Shown here: piece after piece, positions 60,802 through 64,000 of the stretch | How the letters are laid out: the number at the start of each line of letters is the position of its first letter | How positions within the stretch are numbered: the stretch's first letter is position 1 | Origin: Spirochaetales bacterium | GTDB taxonomy: Bacteria; Spirochaetota; Spirochaetia; Sphaerochaetales; Sphaerochaetaceae | Assembly (NCBI GenBank): GCA_017478205.1 | Contig: JAFVDZ010000045.1 | Coordinates: 1,080 to 65,079, forward strand | Length of the DNA: 64,000 bases | Direction: 5' to 3' | Position numbers and translations under genes: made by a program | The notes under the pieces: generated by a model | What the model saw: only the letters and a program-made list of their open reading frames with translations | What the model was told of the DNA's origin: nothing | Databases searched by the model: none

Positions 60802-61814
60802 TGAAAAAAACTTGTCTAAAAGCACCGTATCAGTTTGAGAGAATTGAGTCACCAGTACCTGAAATCAGCGATGAACAGGTTTTGCTTGCGATAAGACAGA
60901 TAGGTATCTGTGCCTCAGACATGCAGATGTACCACGGACTACACAAGTATATGACTTTTCCTGTTGTATTCGGTCATGAGGCTGCGGCAACGGTATGCAA
61001 GGTCGGCAAGAATGTGAAGGGTTTCAGTGAGGGTGACAACGTTACAGTTGAGCCTCAGGTTTTCTGTGGTGAGTGTGAGCCCTGTAGGTCCGGATTTTAC
61101 AATGTTTGTGAGCATTTGAAGGTTATGGGAGTTCATATGGATGGTTTTGCCTGTGACTATTACGCAATAAAACCCATGTATCTTCACCATGCATACGACT
61201 TGAATGATGATTATACTGCCCTAATTGAGCCACTTGCCGTAGGTATAGGCTCTGCCAGGCGGGGAAACGTAAAGAATAAGACTGTCTGTGTCGTAGGTGC
61301 CGGAACAATAGGAAATCTGGTTGCTCAGAGTGCAAAAGCTTTGGGTGCAGAAGCGGTTCTTGTGACCGATATCAAGGACAATAAGCTGGATTACGCAAAG
61401 CAATGCGGAATAGATTATGCTGTCAATACTTTGGATAAGACTCTAAATGATGTGATTACAGATACTTTTGGGGCCAGAAAGGCAGATGTAATTATTGACT
61501 GCGCTGCTACGCCGGGATCAATATTATCAGTCCTTCAGGCGGCAAGGCCAAGGTCTGTCATTGTTATTACCGGAAACTTCAAGGTTCCTGTGGAGATTGA
61601 GATTCCTCTAATTCAGAGGCAGGAAATTGATATTCTCGGTCATATGATGTACAGGAGAATAGACTTTGAAGAAGCCATTCAAGCCGCACGTGACGGTCGA
61701 ATCCATCTCAAAGACTTTGTCACCCAGCACTATTCCATGGGGTCGGTTGCTGAAGCATTCAGATTCATTGATGAAAATTCAGATAATGTAATGAAAGTTA
61801 TGCTCAGAAACTGA
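60801..61814 (+). CDS. Second Zn-dependent (MDR) dehydrogenase
   Basis: GICASD, GHEA, CGECEPC...C, IEPLAV and GAGTIG. Confidence 0.9.
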   Translation: MKKTCLKAPYQFERIESPVPEISDEQVLLAIRQIGICASDMQMYHGLHKYMTFPVVFGHEAAATVCKVGKNVKGFSEGDNVTVEPQVFCGECEPCRSGFYNVCEHLKVMGVHMDGFACDYYAIKPMYLHHAYDLNDDYTALIEPLAVGIGSARRGNVKNKTVCVVGAGTIGNLVAQSAKALGAEAVLVTDIKDNKLDYAKQCGIDYAVNTLDKTLNDVITDTFGARKADVIIDCAATPGSILSVLQAARPRSVIVITGNFKVPVEIEIPLIQRQEIDILGHMMYRRIDFEEAIQAARDGRIHLKDFVTQHYSMGSVAEAFRFIDENSDNVMKVMLRN

Positions 61815-62473
61815 AATTCATAAAGCAATTAGAGAGGCATTGGCAAATTGTTTTGCAAATGCAGATTTTAACTTTGCTCGTGGAATCGTAATCCTTAAGG
61901 ATCCATACTCAATTGTTATAGAAAACCCTGGCAGTATTATCACAGGAAAAGCTCAGATGCTTAAAGGAGGAATTTCTGAACCAAGAAATCGAACCATCAT
62001 GAAGATGTTTAATCTGCTTCATATAGGAAAGGGAGCAGGAAGTGGGGTGCCAGATATATTCAGTGTTTGGGATGAGGAGGGATGGATTGCTCCTACTGTT
62101 GAAGAAGAGTATAAACCAGATCGAACACGACTAACGCTTGCCTTTAAAGAGAAACAAGCGGAAAGAGGAACAAAACAAGCGGAAAAAGGAACAAAACAAG
62201 CGGAAAAAAGGAATAAAACAAGCGGAAAGAGGAACAAAACAAGCGGAAAAAGGAACAAAACAAGCGGAAAACAAAATCGACAAGCGGAATACTGATGATA
62301 AAAAAGCGTTGATATTAGATTTTATCAAGAAAGAAGGTCATGCAAAATCATCAGATATTGCAGAGGTACTTGGGCTAAGTCTGCCAAGAGTGAGAGTTCT
62401 ACTATCTGAAATGTCAAACGATGGTTTGATAAAGCCGGAAGGGGAAGGTAGATCTAGAGTTTATAAGCCTTAA
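61807..62473 (+). pseudogene. 5'-truncated, frameshifted AlbA/Schlafen-HATPase_c_4-wHTH (RecG-C-like) gene
   Basis: IHKAIREALANCFANADF begins at the upstream stop. EPRN..GAGSG ATPase-like motif, C-terminal wHTH. Split into ORFs 61840-62295 and 62138-62473 by one extra A. Confidence 0.8.
62152..62270 (+). repeat. Intragenic 21-bp tandem repeat (AAACAAGCGGAAA(G/A)AGGAACA)x~5.6 encoding KQAE(R/K)GT
   Basis: Units start at 62152, 62173, 62194 (22 bp), 62216, 62237 and 62258 (partial). Confidence 0.9.
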
Positions 62474-62737
62474 TCTTGGTGATATCACTCAAGAAATATC
62501 AGAAGATCCATATATTTTGATATAACCAAAGAGTCCCTGAATTGTGTCTACAGGGGCTCTTCATTTTTTTTAGCAAGTAAATCAACAAATTTTATATTTC
62601 TGTCGATTTGAATAATTCAATCAACAGTGTTATTTCATTTCGTTATAATAACATATTTGAATATTGTTGGCTTGAAAAATACTGGTTTAGAATGGTCTTA
62701 GTCAATGTACATTTTTCGAAAAAAAGGAGGAGGAATT

Positions 62738-63763
62738 ATGAAACTTGGCGAAGTACCTATTCTAGATAGTATCAACAGAATTCCTGGCGGTATAATGGTT
62801 GTTCCATTGCTACTTGGTGTTATCGTGAACTCTCTATTTCCTGGATTTTTAGAGATTGGCAGCTTTACAACTGCACTTTTCAAGAACGGCTCAAGTGCGC
62901 TCATTGCAACACTCTTCTTTTGTTCAGGAGCTCAGATACAGTTCAGAAGTGCAGGACAGTCACTATATAAGGGAATAGTCTTGAACACCAGCAAGGTTCT
63001 TTTCGGTGTTTCTCTGGGTGTTCTTCTTGCAAAGATTGGTGGCCCCGGTGCTGTAGTTCTTGGCATAACTCCACTTGCACTTATCGGCTGTATGTCGAAC
63101 TCCAATGGAGGACTTTACACAGCATTGGCAACTAAGTATGGAACCAAGACCGATGTAGGTGCAGTTGCTGTAATCTCATCGAATGATGGTCCATTCTACG
63201 AGATGCTATTCATGGGAATGACTGGTGTTGCAACTATTCCAATCAAATCTTTGTTTGCCTGTATCTTCCCAATTATCGTCGGCATGATTCTCGGTAACCT
63301 TGATAACAAGATCAGAGACTTCTTGAAGCCGGGAATGCTGATATCCATCTTCCTATTCTCATTCCCTCTCGGTGCTGGAATGAACTTCAGAACTTTAGTC
63401 ACTGCAGGGCTTCCTGGTATCCTGCTTGGCGTTCTTACAGTTGTCTGGACAGGTATTCCTTCATATTTCATCTACAAACTTCTTATAAAGAAGGAAAACA
63501 GAAGATCCTGTGCAGTTGGCGCTGCTGTCGGTACATCAGCTGGTAACTCGGTTGCAACTCCTGCTGCAATCGCAGCTGTGGACTCAACTTGGGCACCATA
63601 TGCAGCTGCTGCAACAGCTCAGTGCGCAGCATCAGTTATCGTCACTGCTATACTCACACCATTTGTTGTTAACACCCTTTACCAATATGAGGAAAAGAAG
63701 GGGCTTATCAACTACAATCTTCCACTTGCATCTGAAGATGACAAAGTGGAATCTGAAGTGTAG
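62738..63763 (+). CDS. kdgT: 2-keto-3-deoxygluconate permease
   Basis: IPGGIMVVPLLLG, SNSNGGLYTAL, SNDGPF, FPLGAG and GNSVATPAAI. Confidence 0.92.
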   Translation: MKLGEVPILDSINRIPGGIMVVPLLLGVIVNSLFPGFLEIGSFTTALFKNGSSALIATLFFCSGAQIQFRSAGQSLYKGIVLNTSKVLFGVSLGVLLAKIGGPGAVVLGITPLALIGCMSNSNGGLYTALATKYGTKTDVGAVAVISSNDGPFYEMLFMGMTGVATIPIKSLFACIFPIIVGMILGNLDNKIRDFLKPGMLISIFLFSFPLGAGMNFRTLVTAGLPGILLGVLTVVWTGIPSYFIYKLLIKKENRRSCAVGAAVGTSAGNSVATPAAIAAVDSTWAPYAAAATAQCAASVIVTAILTPFVVNTLYQYEEKKGLINYNLPLASEDDKVESEV

Positions 63764-63780
63764 GTTTTGAACATCGATAT

Positions 63781-63812
63781 AGTCGCCAGAAAGATATTCT
63801 TGGCGACTTTTC
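63781..63812 (+). terminator. Hairpin between kdgT and larA-like gene
   Basis: AGTCGCCA/TGGCGACT 8-bp stem plus TTTC. Confidence 0.55.
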
Positions 63813-63833
63813 TCCCAATAAAAAAGGAGCTTA

Positions 63834-64000
63834 ATGATGCAAATATCATTTCCATATGGAAAAGAGTTCGTGAAACTGGATATCAATGATGATGAACTTC
63901 AGGGAGTTCTTGTTTCACATCTTCATGATTACAAGGCAGCGAAAAGTCCTCAAGAACTTGTCTTGGAAGCGCTTGAAAACCCGATTGGCTCATCAAAGCT
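63834..64000 (+). CDS. LarA-family nickel-pincer racemase/epimerase, N-terminal part only
   Basis: AAGGAG RBS; MMQISFPYGKE...LEALENPIGS matches the LarA N-terminus; truncated by the window edge. Confidence 0.75.
   Translation, partial: MMQISFPYGKEFVKLDINDDELQGVLVSHLHDYKAAKSPQELVLEALENPIGSSK

Noticed and set aside
62152-62290. Repeat array as CRISPR
   Set aside because: Units are contiguous with no unique spacers, encode a 7-aa repeat inside a gene, and no cas genes are present.

Overview
Chromosomal window from a ~40% GC anaerobe, most likely a non-pathogenic spirochaete (Sphaerochaetaceae-like). This is inferred from a Tp47-type lipoprotein, a spirochaete-type sigma-like protein and Firmicutes-like accessory genes. 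Housekeeping genes: ttcA, pepF, rdgB, nrnA, tig-clpP-clpX, mgtE, rarA, xseAB, topB, dapA-dapL-lysA and eight tRNA genes. Accessory genes: an Rnl5/DRB0094-type RNA ligase, an orphan AbiEi-like antitoxin, RhuM-Fic, a PTS beta-glucoside operon, a methyltransferase plus PLD-SF2 helicase pair, a HAAT-ABC/dehydrogenase/split-transketolase catabolic island and kdgT-larA. Best leads: (1) A Tp47-like lipoprotein carrying a flavinylation-like DAISRAT motif heads an FMN-binding/polyferredoxin/ApbE operon. Its promoter shares a GTTAG-N6-CTAAC palindrome with the flavodoxin operon, suggesting an iron-starvation extracytosolic flavin electron-transfer system. (2) Two unannotated leader-peptide attenuators lie upstream of the RNA ligase and of mgtE. 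(3) A kinase-less transketolase pathway may act on sugar acids. All homology calls come from motif recognition by eye; no searches were run.
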